Assembly: GCA_002269645.1 (NCBI GenBank)
Contig: NIVC01000067.1
Span: 620,001-684,000, forward strand
Reading direction: 5' to 3'
Length of the DNA stretch: 64,000 nucleotides
Source of the DNA: Macrostomum lignano
Lineage: Eukaryota
The notes under the pieces: generated by a model
Told to the model about the DNA's origin: nothing
Database searches by the model: none
The model's input: the letters and a program-made list of their open reading frames with translations, nothing else
Shown: one piece after another, positions 35,201 through 51,467 of the stretch
Numbering within the stretch: position 1 is the stretch's first letter
Layout of the letters: every line of letters begins with the position of its first letter
Translations under genes and position numbers: made by a program

Positions 35201-37805
35201 CTTGGGTGTCATTTTATTTGATTCGCCTCTTGTGAATATTGAATGGCCTAATAAACAAATAGTAAAAAAACACGATTTTATGATTTTAAGCTTTTCCAAT
35301 ACGACTAAACGATTAATTTGACGATTAACCTCAGAATAGACTTTAGGTAATATTGAAGATAGCCGTATGAAGTCACTGGTGAGGTTTAGGAAACAAGATC
35401 CACTATAATTCCAATGCAGAATCAGAGTTCAAAATGCTTGCCCGAATCTGTGTTAAGTTGCATGTTAGCTACAGCTATCTGCTTTTTCCTTGTGCACACA
35501 AAAGCTGATGCCAATGCTTTCCTGTCTCACAGCAGCTGATGGTGTCATTATATAACGAGCATTTCCTCAGAGTTAGGCGTTGAGTCAACAGTGCTCACAG
35601 AGAAAGATGCATCACGAGGCTATGTTTGCAATTTGCATACCAGCTATAGAGTTTGAACTGCTTAGTCTCACACTTGGTGAATGTGATGAACGTGGATTCC
35701 ATTCAGAATGAGTCACTTATCCAGTTGAGAATGAGTCACTTATCCAGTTGAGAATGAGTCACTTATCCAGTTGAGAATGAGTCACTTATCCAGTTGAGAA
35801 TGAGTCACTTATCCAGTTGAGAATGAGTCACTTATCCAGTTGAGAATGAGTCACTTATCCAGTTGAGAATGAGTCACTTATCCAGTTGAGAATGAGTCAC
35901 TTATCCAGTTGAGAATGAGTCACTTATCCAGTTGAGAATGAGTCACTTATCCAGTTGAGAATGAGTCACTTATCCAGTTGAGAATGAGTCACTTATGCAG
36001 TTGAGAATGAGTCACTTATGCAGTTGAGAATGAGTCACTTATCCAGTTGAGAATGAGTCACTTATCCAGTTGAGAATGAGTCACTTATCCAGTTGAGAAT
36101 GAGTCACTTATGCAGTTGAGAATGAGTCTCTTATCCAGTTGAGAATGAGTCACTTATGCAGTTGAGAATGAGTCACTTATCCAGTTGAGAATGAGTCACT
36201 TATCCAGTTGAGAATGAGTCACTTATCCAGTTGAGAATGAGTCACTTATCCATTTGAGAATGAGTCACTTATCCAGTTGAGAATGAGTCACTTATCCAGT
36301 TGAGAATGAGTCACTTATGCAGTTGAGAATGAGTCACTTATGCAGTTGAGAATGAGTCACTTATCCAGTTGAGAATGAGTCACTTATCCAGTTCAAAATG
36401 AGTCACTTATCCAGCTCTCACTTAGCCTTGATGACAGTGAGCACTCCGCTCCTGCTCAGCTGCCTGATTTCGCTCTCGAGCTGGCCAACCAGTCCGGACT
36501 CGGTGAGGGCCCGGAGACCGGGGCTGGCAAAGCCGCCGGCCTGCCAGATGGTGTAGCTCCGGTCGTGAGTCACGCCTGCGGGTTGGTTGTCAGGTAGGCG
36601 GGCACCTGGCTGAAGCGGCACCTTGTTTGAAATCGATCGAATTCTAAACGAACCGGAGGTCGAACTTGAAACCCAACCGGCAATCCAGCCACGAACCCAA
36701 CCGGAACTCCAAGCAGGAACCAAATCGGAACTCCAATCAGGAACCAAGCCGGAACTCCAATCAGGAAACAAACCGGAATTCCAATCAGGAACTCAACCGG
36801 AACTCCAATCAGGAACCCAATTAACTTGAAATCCCAGTAAAAACCCAACCGGAAATCCCAGTAGAAACCCAACCGGAACTACAATCAGGAACCCAACCAG
36901 AATTCCGATCAGAAACCCAACCGGAACTCCAATCAGGAACCCAACCGGAACTCCAATCAGGAACTTAACCAGAAATCACAGCAGGAACCCAACCGGAAAT
37001 CCAACAGCAAATCTAACCGAAAGCCCAACTGAAATTTCAAGCAGGAGTCGACATCAAAGCAGTACTCACCAAGCAGCTGGGACCAGGCCAGGCGAGCTGC
37101 ACTCCTGGCCGACGGCAGTAGCCGCCAGGGCAGCGCCAGGCTCTGGAACTGCAGCTGGTAGTTGGCCGAGCCACAGGCACAGCACTCGGCCGCGGGCAGG
37201 CGCAGCAGGGCCGGGTCCCCCAGCACCGGAGCCCGGCAGAGCACCCGGCTGTCGCGGACCCACCAGCCTGCCCGGCCAGCTCCATCGGTCTCCAGCTCGG
37301 CCAGAGCGCGAAGTTCGACGCACTCGGCAGTGTCGGAGCTCGCCGCCGACGGCGCCGTCCAGTCGAATTCCAGCTGGCTGCGCTGCCGCCGTCCTCTTCG
37401 CCAGCAGTCGGCGGCGCAGGTAAAAGAGACGCAGTCGGCGTCCGGTACGTCGGTCAGGGGCTCCCTGGCCAGCAGGCGGCCGACGTCGCGCCCGACAGTC
37501 CGGTGAGGCCTGATGCCGACTGTGTAGGCACGAAGCTTGGCGCCCGACTCGGCCAGCACGGCGATGACGTAATCACCGTCTGGCTGGTAGTGCCCGCCGA
37601 GCAGCATGGCGTTGAGCTCGTCCGAGTCCGTCGCGCCCTGGGCAGGAAACAACCGGATCCGCAGCGGCTTCACCGGCGCCACTGCTGCCGCGGCCGCCGC
37701 CGGTCTGCTGAGGTTGCGGCAGCTGTCGAGAGCCGCACCGAAACCAGCGACGATGCAGGCCGTTGCAGCAATGAACAGCCAGCGAATGGCCGGGCCCGTC
37801 CGCAT
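32223..37805 (-). CDS. SPON1: F-spondin-like secreted protein, Reeler + Spondin_N, ~417 aa (exons 37070-37805, 36422-36575, 32223-32586)
   Basis: Signal peptide, then Reeler-like DC..VTC..F.WTAP, CCACGSANYQL, WSQLLG|VTH..Y.IW..GGFAS.G, EIRQ..VLTVIKAK, HHLVTLLS.LAPS, DLC..NCSW and WDAGT. Splice phases 1 and 2 are compatible. A stop follows the Spondin_N domain. Confidence 0.88.
33650..35220. repeat. 20/21-bp satellite (~1.6 kb) with two alternating variants (spondin intron 2)
   Basis: TTCATT(T)GACTAAAGCGCCAT and TTCATTTGATTAAATTGCCAT arranged in blocks. Confidence 0.97.
35704..36414. repeat. 23-bp minisatellite, about 31 copies, abutting the spondin exon 2 donor
   Basis: Unit GAGAATGAGTCACTTATCCAGTT; each copy contains TGAGTCA. 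Confidence 0.97.
36670..37030. repeat. Degenerate 24-bp repeat (spondin intron 1)
   Basis: ACCCAACCGGAACTCCAATCAGGA-type units. Confidence 0.9.
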
Positions 37806-38574
37806 TGAGGTTTCTTAGAATAGGAAAAACACAGAACGCTACTGTAGGCTTAGCGGCCCAGTTTGTAAGTTGCTTTCTGCTCTGCTCTTAACCCCTCAGT
37901 CCTCTCGTCTCCACCCAGTCCCGCACCGCCGCTCGCGAATCTCTCTCTCTCTCTCTGTCTGTCCTGTGTCTCTCAGCTGGGAGCAAAAGCCAATTTCCCG
38001 AGGTTTCCTCTTCAACTCCGATACTCCTCCCTGCACGTAATCTTGCAGACTCTCCACTCTGTCTTTCTAGTTTCAGCTATGGGCTTTCAGGCAGCTCTTC
38101 CCCATTCTAACAGAGGATTGTAATTAAAATTTGGCGCACCGCTTGACCAACGCGAGAACTGGGAGGAGGGGAGGGGGGCAGACGAAGGCCAAAGTCTGGA
38201 AAAGTAGTTTTGAAAGAATTATCGCGCCCGGACACAAAGTGGGCGGGCGCGGCACCCCTGGGAGGCTGAGGGGTGGATTCCGCATTCAATACAATTCCAG
38301 CTGACCACAGATGATCGCCACAGGGAGCTGCTCTGCTGTTGGGAAGGGGTTTCCAGTGTCATGGAGGGAGGGGCGGGCATTGCCCAGTAGGAGCTCACGC
38401 AGCTGTCTGAATCCCATCCCGGATTTCATTTCTTTCCTTTCGAACTGCAGTTTCCCCATCTCCGCGTGCTTGTTTTTGCCAATTGTTTTAAAGCTGGCGG
38501 AAAGTGCCTGACGGTGGGTAGCAAAATCTGAATAACAGATAGGAACGCAAATACAAATGATTTGTCCATGCGAC

Positions 38575-38835
<261 letters not shown>

Positions 38836-39106
38836 ACTTCTATCGATACTTCTTATCTTGCAACCCATATCTATGGTATGAGTCCTATTCATATGCATGC
38901 TTTGGAAGTATCATTTTCAATTGTCTATTATAATAGCCAGGTTTTTCTCAAAGAAGCCAGTAGATTATAAACTACAGCAGACACAAATTTTCCTAATTAC
39001 TTACTTGCCCGGCAACCAAGACTAGTTTACAGCAATGTCTCACCTTAAGAGTCAACATCGACGCAGGGTCAACTGCAGGGACTGCACTCTCGACATCCGC
39101 GTTTCC

Positions 39107-42100
39107 ATGGTGCTCCTGGAGATCCAGCCGGGTGAATCTGAGCACTCCGATGGCGCCGAGTCCGTATCGTTCTGCGCCTCGCCGGTGCAAAATGATGAGG
39201 AAAAACCGGTGAGCTACTTAAAGTAGTTTACTAGCTAGTTATTTTCTGGGTTGCAAGCAGTCAGATTCATTCGGCTGACCCCTGAGCAGGCACACGCTCA
39301 CACAGGGTGTACAGCGCTCCAGACGTTCTCATTGTCAGGCGAGCTTTGCAAGCTCTCCCTGTGAAAGTGAAAATGTTCTGAAACTTTGAATTTAATAAAC
39401 GAAAAATCCTGGGATTGTAAAAAATCTTGCAGGAGGGAGTTTCTGAGCAGCGCCGAGTTGGTAGCGATGAATCAGCCTTCGGCGAAGGCAGCTGGTCGAG
39501 CTCCTCGTTCCCACCGACCAGCCAGCTTGACTGTCGCCTGACCAACAGTTCCGACAGCTGCAGCAGCGGCGGCGATTCTGCGATTGTGCGATCGCCAGTT
39601 GAGTCCGCGGTACAGCCTGACAGAGCGAGGCCTGTGTACACGGCGGACAGTGAGTCTAGCGGGCTCCGTGGTAACCATGGCAACATCGCTTGTGCTTGCT
39701 TGAGAAGCTTATAATTTACTTAGCAAATTTTTGTGTAGATAGAGCGTTGGGCGCCAGAATGAGTATTCCGTGCCTAGATGAATACTCGGTGCCTAGATGA
39801 ATACTCGGTGCCTAGATGAATACTCGGTGCCTAGATGAATACTCGGTGCCTAGATGAATACTCGGTGCCTAGATGAGTACTCGGTGCCTAGATGAGCAAT
39901 CGGTGCCTAGATGAGCAATCGGTGCCTAGATGAGCAATCGGTGCCTAGATGAGTACTCGGTACCTAGATGAGCAATCGGTGCCTAGATGAGTACTCGGTG
40001 CCTAGACGAGTATTCGGTGTCTAGATGAGTATTCGGTCCTAGATGAGAGTTTTCGGTGCATAGATGAGTATGAGCTTCATATGGTGTACTCTATTATCTT
40101 TCCAATATATAGTACTAAAATCTCAATCTTTGTATCTCTATCTCTATCTTTTATATCTGACTCTAATACAAAAAATTACAAAGGTAGTTTTCTCAAGTTC
40201 GCACTCAGGGATCATAGTTAATTTTTAAATCCAAATATATAAAAAATGGTCCTGAAACGTAAAATATGTTTCTCCTTCAAATACTCGTATGTTGTCCGTT
40301 TTCTGCGAAACTTGTCCCTACTCATTGGTAGAGAGATAGAAATATGTACAGTAAAATTTAGTAGTGGCGAGTTTTACCAACTGATTTGAATTTCTTTTGC
40401 AGCTGTCACAGAAAGCTGTACCACCGATTTTACTTACGCTTCCGTGGTCTCTCGTCTTGAGTCGGATGACAGCGACACCCTGCCCGCGCTTCCGGTGCAG
40501 CTGCCTGCCGAACTACCGACAGTGCAGCAGCAGACGCAGTGTTGCTGGCTCTGCCAGAAAGCTGAGCCAGTCTCTGCTGTCAAATGGTGAGCTCTTTATC
40601 GTCTGAGCTGGATTGCTGCAAACCAGCTGTGTGCACTGACCCGCGTAGGATCTCTCTGACCCGCGTAGGATCTCTCTAACTCACGTGAATCTCTGACCCA
40701 CGTAGGATCTCTCTGACCCGTGTAGAATCTCTCTGACCCACGTAGGATCTCTCTGACCCGTGTAGAATCTCTCTGACCCGCGTAGGATCTCTCTGACCCG
40801 CGTAGGATCTCTCTGACCCGCATAGGATCTCTCTGACCCGCGTAGGATCTCTCTGACCCGCGTAGGATCTCTCTAACTCACGTAGAATCTCTGACCCACG
40901 TAGGATCTCTCTAACTCACGTAGAATCTCTGACCCGCGTAGGATCTCTCTAACTCACGTAGAATCTTTCTGACCCACGTAGGATCTCTCTAACTCACGTG
41001 AATCTCTGACCCACGTAGGATCTCTCTGACCCGTGTAGAATCTCTCTGACCCGCGTAGGATCTCTCTGACCCGCGTAGGATCTCTCTGACCCGCGTAGGA
41101 TCTCTCTGACCCGCGTAGGATCTCTCTAACTCACGTAGAATCTCTGACCCACGTAGGATTTCTCTAACTCACGTAGAATCTCTGACCCGCGTAGGATCTC
41201 TCTAACTCACGTAGAATCTTTCTGACCCACGTAGGATCTCTCTAACTCACGTGAATCTCTGACCCACGTAGGATCTCTCTGACCCGTGTAGAATCTCTCT
41301 GACCCACGTAGGATCTCTCTGACCCGTGTAGAATCTCTCTGACCCACGTAGGATCTCTCTGACCCGTGTAGAATCTCTCTGACCCACGTAGAATCTCTCT
41401 GACCCACGTAGGATCTCTCTAACTCACGTAGAATCTCTGACCCACGTAGGATGTCTCTGACCCGTGTAGAATCTCTCTGACCCGCGTAGGATCTCTCTGA
41501 CCCACGTAGGATCTCTCTGACCCGTGTAGAATCTCTCTGACCCACGTAGGATCTCTCTGACCCGTGTAGAATCTCTCTGACCCACGTAGGATCTCTCTGA
41601 CCCACGTAGGATCTTTCTGACCCACGTAGGATCTCTCTGACCCGCGTAGGATCTCTCTGACTCACGTAGGATAACGCTGACCCAAAGCTGTTCACTGCGA
41701 CCCGAAAATTCTTGTTCTAAAAGCTGCTTTCTAATTGACGAAAAGTGTTGCTCTTTAAAGTCAAACTGATAAAAATTGTTTTGACTGAAGCATGGAAAGT
41801 TATGCAAAATTTCCTCATTTATAAATAATTCGTTTTCCCAGTCCCTCAAACGGTCGCCAAGACGCCGCCACCCAGACGGTGGGCGGGCAAGTTGCTCCGC
41901 CTTCCAGAGTCGCTGCCGGATCGCCAGCTGCGCAGAGTCACCGGCGAACAGCTGAAAGGTGCAATCACTTCACCCATAGTGGCAGCTCAGTTCTGATAAC
42001 CAGTTGACTCAAGAGTGTGAGATCTGCTCAGCAATGATTCAGGAGTGTGAGATCTGCTCAGCAATGATTCAGGAGTGTGAGATCTGCTCAGCAATGATTC

Positions 42101-42845
42101 AGGAGTGTGAGATCTGCTCAGCAATGATTCAGGAGTGAGAGATCTGCTCAACAATGATTCAGGAGTGAGAGATCTGCTCAGCAATGATTCAGGAGTGTGA
42201 GGTCTGCTCAGCAATGATTCAGGAGTGTGAGATCTGCTCAGCAATGATTCAGGAGTGAGAGATCTGCTCAGCAATGATTCAGGAGTGTGAGATCTGCTCA
42301 GCAATGATTCAGGAGTGTGAGATCTGCTCAGCAATGATTCAGGAGTGTGAGATCTGCTCAGCAATGATTCAGGAGTGTGAGATCTGCTCAGCAATGATTC
42401 AGGAGTGTGAGATCTGCTCAGCAATGATTCAGGAGTGTGAGATCTGCTCAGCAATGATTCAGGAGTGTGAGATCTGCTCAGCAATGATTCAGGAGTGTGA
42501 GATCTGCTCAGCAATGGTTCAGGAGTGTGAGAAACTTCAGTTAAGACCACTTCATTGCTTAAACTATTTTCGATTTCGTATTCAAAGATATCCCTTAATC
42601 CCCACGTGTTCAACAGCCGCTCCGCAGGTGCAGCAGCCGCCGCCCATCTCTGGACTCGGCCGAGCTTCAGTCCAAGTCAGCGTCAGCAACAAGTGCAAAA
42701 CCGGGCCAAAACCGACCCCAGAACCATCAACAGTTCTCCAGGACTCAGTCGGGGGTTTCCGACTAGCCAGATGCCGCTAAAGTGCATTTCCGGCAGCTGG
42801 GGCAAGCATCGCGAACTCTGGAAAGAGTGGAGACCCACCAGCTAG
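39107..42845 (+). CDS. Orphan 5-exon disordered protein, ~282 aa (exons 39107-39208, 39433-39649, 40403-40586, 41842-41958, 42617-42845)
   Basis: Four GT-AG introns with phases 0,1,2,2 all give one open frame. Ser/Ala/Gln-rich, with a CCWLC motif and RQDAATQT. The start could be ATG 39035. No homolog recognised. Confidence 0.65.
39760..40050. repeat. Intronic 19-bp minisatellite, about 15 copies
   Basis: Unit CGGTGCCTAGATGAATACT. Confidence 0.95.
40636..41672. repeat. Intronic 20-bp minisatellite, about 50 copies with variant blocks
   Basis: Unit CTGACCCGCGTAGGATCTCT and CTAACTCACGTAGAATCT variants. Confidence 0.97.
42010..42532. repeat. Intronic 30-bp minisatellite, about 17 copies
   Basis: Unit GCAATGATTCAGGAGTGTGAGATCTGCTCA. 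Confidence 0.97.
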
Positions 42846-43179
42846 AAGAGCTGGCGCATTCTATGCACATGTTCTATGGCTTCAGTCCCCGGAATCATTT
42901 TGGCTTCCGTTTCATGAACCGCTCAGGTTGCAATTTTAACCCCTGAAAGTTATTTTTTTTGCTTTTCCCTAGGGAACCACCAGTACGTAGTACTTCAAGT
43001 AAGACCATTCGCATTTCTGCCCTGCATTCTAAGACGTTAGGATGCCGCTGCTCGTGTAGTCAGAAAGCTTCTTCAGCGAGCCGGCCTAGAATTTTCCTAC
43101 TTTCATTGTGTTATTTAAATATACGAGTAAATGTGTTTGCCAGCTCCAATGCAGCTGCTCTTCCATGCATTTCTTTTTT

Positions 43180-43186
43180 GTCTGCG

Positions 43187-43225
<39 letters not shown>

Positions 43226-43718
43226 GTGTCTGTCTTTCTTAGTGTCTGTCTTCCATAGTGTCTTAGTGTCTTAGTGTCTGTCTTTCTTAGTGTCTTAGTG
43301 TCTTAGTGTCTTAGTGACTTAGTGTCTTAGTGTCTTAGTGTCTTAGTGTCTTAGTGTCTTAGTGTCTTAGTGTCTTAGTGTCTTAGTGTCTTAGTGTCTG
43401 CCTTTCTTAGTGTCTTAGTGTCTTAGTGTCTTAGTGTCTTAGTGTCTTAGTGTCTTAGTGTCTGTCTTTCTTAGTGTCTTAGTGTCTTAGTGTCTTAGTG
43501 ACTTAGTGTCTTAGTGTCTTAGTGTCTTAGTGTCTGTCTTTCTTAGTGTCTTAGTGTCTTAGTGTCTTAGTGTCTTAGTGTCTTAGTGTCTGTCTTTCTT
43601 AGTGTCTTAGTGTCTTAGTGTCTTAGTGTCTTAGTGTCTTAGTGTCTTAGTGTCTTAGTGTCTTAGTGTCTTAGTGTCTTAGTGTCTTAGTGTCTTAGTG
43701 TCTTAGTGTCTTAGTGTC
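43180..43718. repeat. (TCTG)n grading into (TTAGTGTC)n; 3' flank of the LINE
   Basis: 8-bp units interrupted by TGTCTTTC and TTAGTGAC variants. Confidence 0.97.
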
Positions 43719-48405
<4,687 letters not shown>

Positions 48406-49199
48406 GGTCCATCTAGATATTCCGAATTGAAAATTGTCGCAATAAATCGTCATGCACAGAGCTTACATATGAAGGAAATGCAAGCACTGTTTAGCCCATA
48501 TCCCCCACACTCTCTCACCCTGCTCTGTGTAGTCACCTTCTTCTCAGCCCAGCCCAGTTGAGCAGGGCTGACTCAGCCGCAAGCGGCACTGCTGTCGCCC
48601 CTCAGTGTTTCTGTACTCGATTTTTTTACTCAGAATCGTAAAAATGTTTTCAGGTACGTGCGCGGCTGCATTTTCGGTAGGGTGGGGGCAGATTTGCTAA
48701 TAAAGCTGGGGTGGCCATGGCAGGCAGGCAGGCATGCAGTGCTATCGCAGGGCACAACGGTGATTTTATTGAGCTGTTTAGGCGGCTGCTTTCCCAACCT
48801 GCTCCAATTCTAAGCTATTGATTTTTACCCGTTTCGTGCCTGGATCACGGATTCGAGAGTGAGCGCGAGTGTGTGAGGGGGTGGTTTTTTAGAAACATTG
48901 AAATAACACATTGCAGAACTGGAGATTTCCCCGGTCCTGTTGAGCCAATATGCGAATCTCTCTATTTGAGAAAAATAATTCTGTTTGGAGAAAATGAGAA
49001 CATAGTTTCTGGGTCATGGCTCAAGTAGTCCTGTCTTGTCGCGTGAACTGCAGCTTCGCTTAATTAAATAAAGAACACTTGAAGCACCAACCGTTCAAGT
49101 CTATCTCAATTGACTCTCTGGCTTCTGAATCGCGCTTAGTAAACTGCTACAGAATGCATTGGCAACAGAATGTCATGTACTCTTATGAACCAAAATAAA

Positions 49200-49890
<691 letters not shown>

Positions 49891-50824
49891 TGGAAACAAA
49901 GAGTTGAATCAATTTGTTCAACTCAAATCAACCGGTAAAGTTAGTAGACTTTCGCGCCTCTCAAGGCCAAGTAAGCAGTGCTCAGCAGTGCTCAGCAATG
50001 CTAGCCCATTTAATTTGTTTACAATCTTTCTTGTCTCCCCTCTCACTATCCATACAACTTACCCTTGAAAAACTAGCACAAAGTACTGCCGGAAACGCTG
50101 GGACTTGGGAGTTAGACATTGGCGCTATGCCTGTAGCCAGTTTTAATCTTATCAGTGAGCGCCTATCTATCGCTCGCAATGCAGAGCTCAACCCAGAGAC
50201 TACTGAGGGTTGGTGTGCCCAATGAATTTCTACATTTGGCATTGTAGAGTCTCGACTTTCCATGCTTCTTATCCGAAGGGCGCTCTCTCTGTCCATACTT
50301 GATGCCCCCTGCTGAGAATTCGTTAATTCCTTTTGAGTCGCCGCCGCCCTGCCGCTGTCACCGCCATTTTTGAAACAATAAAAACTCGTTACACTAAAAG
50401 TTTATAACAAAATTTTCAAACGTGTGTTTTTCTCTATTGCTGCCTTTTCCGTCCAGTCTTTTGCCTTTTAACAACACTATTTTTGACTGCCTGAGGCCTG
50501 ACTCACCTCAATACAGTGTTTTCTCTATCTTTTATTCGCCAACTCTCGCTATAGGTTCTGTCTGATTTTGCTCCAGGGCAAATACAGCAGTTGCTCGTCA
50601 AGGAGAACTAAAAACCTGTATCTGGAGTGTCAACACCCTCACGCATTCAGTCAGTCTGGTTTTTCACCTGGATTATCGCATTTCGAATCATTAATCACTC
50701 TAGTATAGCTAATCTCTATCAGGGCACGCGTTTACCGGTCATAACGTTTCTTATCTAATAATGCAAGTTTGAAAAAGACAGTTGAGCCGTTTTATTAAAT
50801 GTCGGTTAAATATAACTCTGCCTA

Positions 50825-51110
50825 AGAGACTGAAGCCAAAATGATTCAGGAGACTGAAGCCAAAATGATTCAGGAGACTGAAGCCAAAATGATTCAGGAG
50901 ACTGAAGCCGAAATGATTCAGCAGACTGAAGCCAAAATGATTCAGGAGACTGAAGCCAAAATGATTCAGGAGACTGAAGCCAAAATGATTCAGGAGACTG
51001 AAGCCAAAATGATTCAGCAGACTGAAGCCAAAATGGTTCAGGAGACTGAAGCCAAAATGATTCAGCAGACTGAAGCCAAAATGGTTCAGGAGACTGTAGC
51101 CAAATTTATT
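50825..51110. repeat. 24-bp minisatellite, about 12 copies
   Basis: Unit GAGACTGAAGCCAAAATGATTCAG. Confidence 0.95.
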
Positions 51111-51467
51111 CAGCAGATAAGCAGAGGTTGTGAAAAAATAAAAAATAAATGACAGTGTGCTGTTCGTAAGCATAACTAAACAGATTTTCATTGCGTTAAT
51201 AACTGATATCAGTTTGCAATCCAGATGCTCTGTTTAAGGTGTCCTTGACTGCGCACTACACGATCAAGTACTCGAGTTTTTCTGTTGGTGGGGTGGGTGC
51301 GCTGGGGGGAGGGGCGAGCAGCACAGGACGGGTCCGCAATAGCCTGGGGGGTCTGTCTGAGCTGTGGGTTGGGGCGGCAGTGTGCGGGCGCTATAAACCC
51401 GAGGCTGTTGCTGAGTCTGCTCAGAGCCGACCTCAGTCTGATTCAAAATCTTCCCTTTGCGCCACCA

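Noticed and set aside
40596-42780. Repetitive ORFs (RSHTPESLL, MIQECEICSA, REILRGSERSY)
   Set aside because: Frames through intronic minisatellites of the 39-42 kb gene.
43240-43718. (TTAGTGTC)n as an interstitial telomere
   Set aside because: The unit is not TTAGGG or TTAGG and grades out of a (TGTC)n microsatellite; the same 8-mer appears as a variant at about 38595.
49982-50372. Possible minus-strand first exon (AAAATGGCG, YY1-like CCGCCATTTT, donor near 50060)
   Set aside because: The ATG frame stops after 14 codons, other frames show no recognisable homology, and no downstream exons were found.
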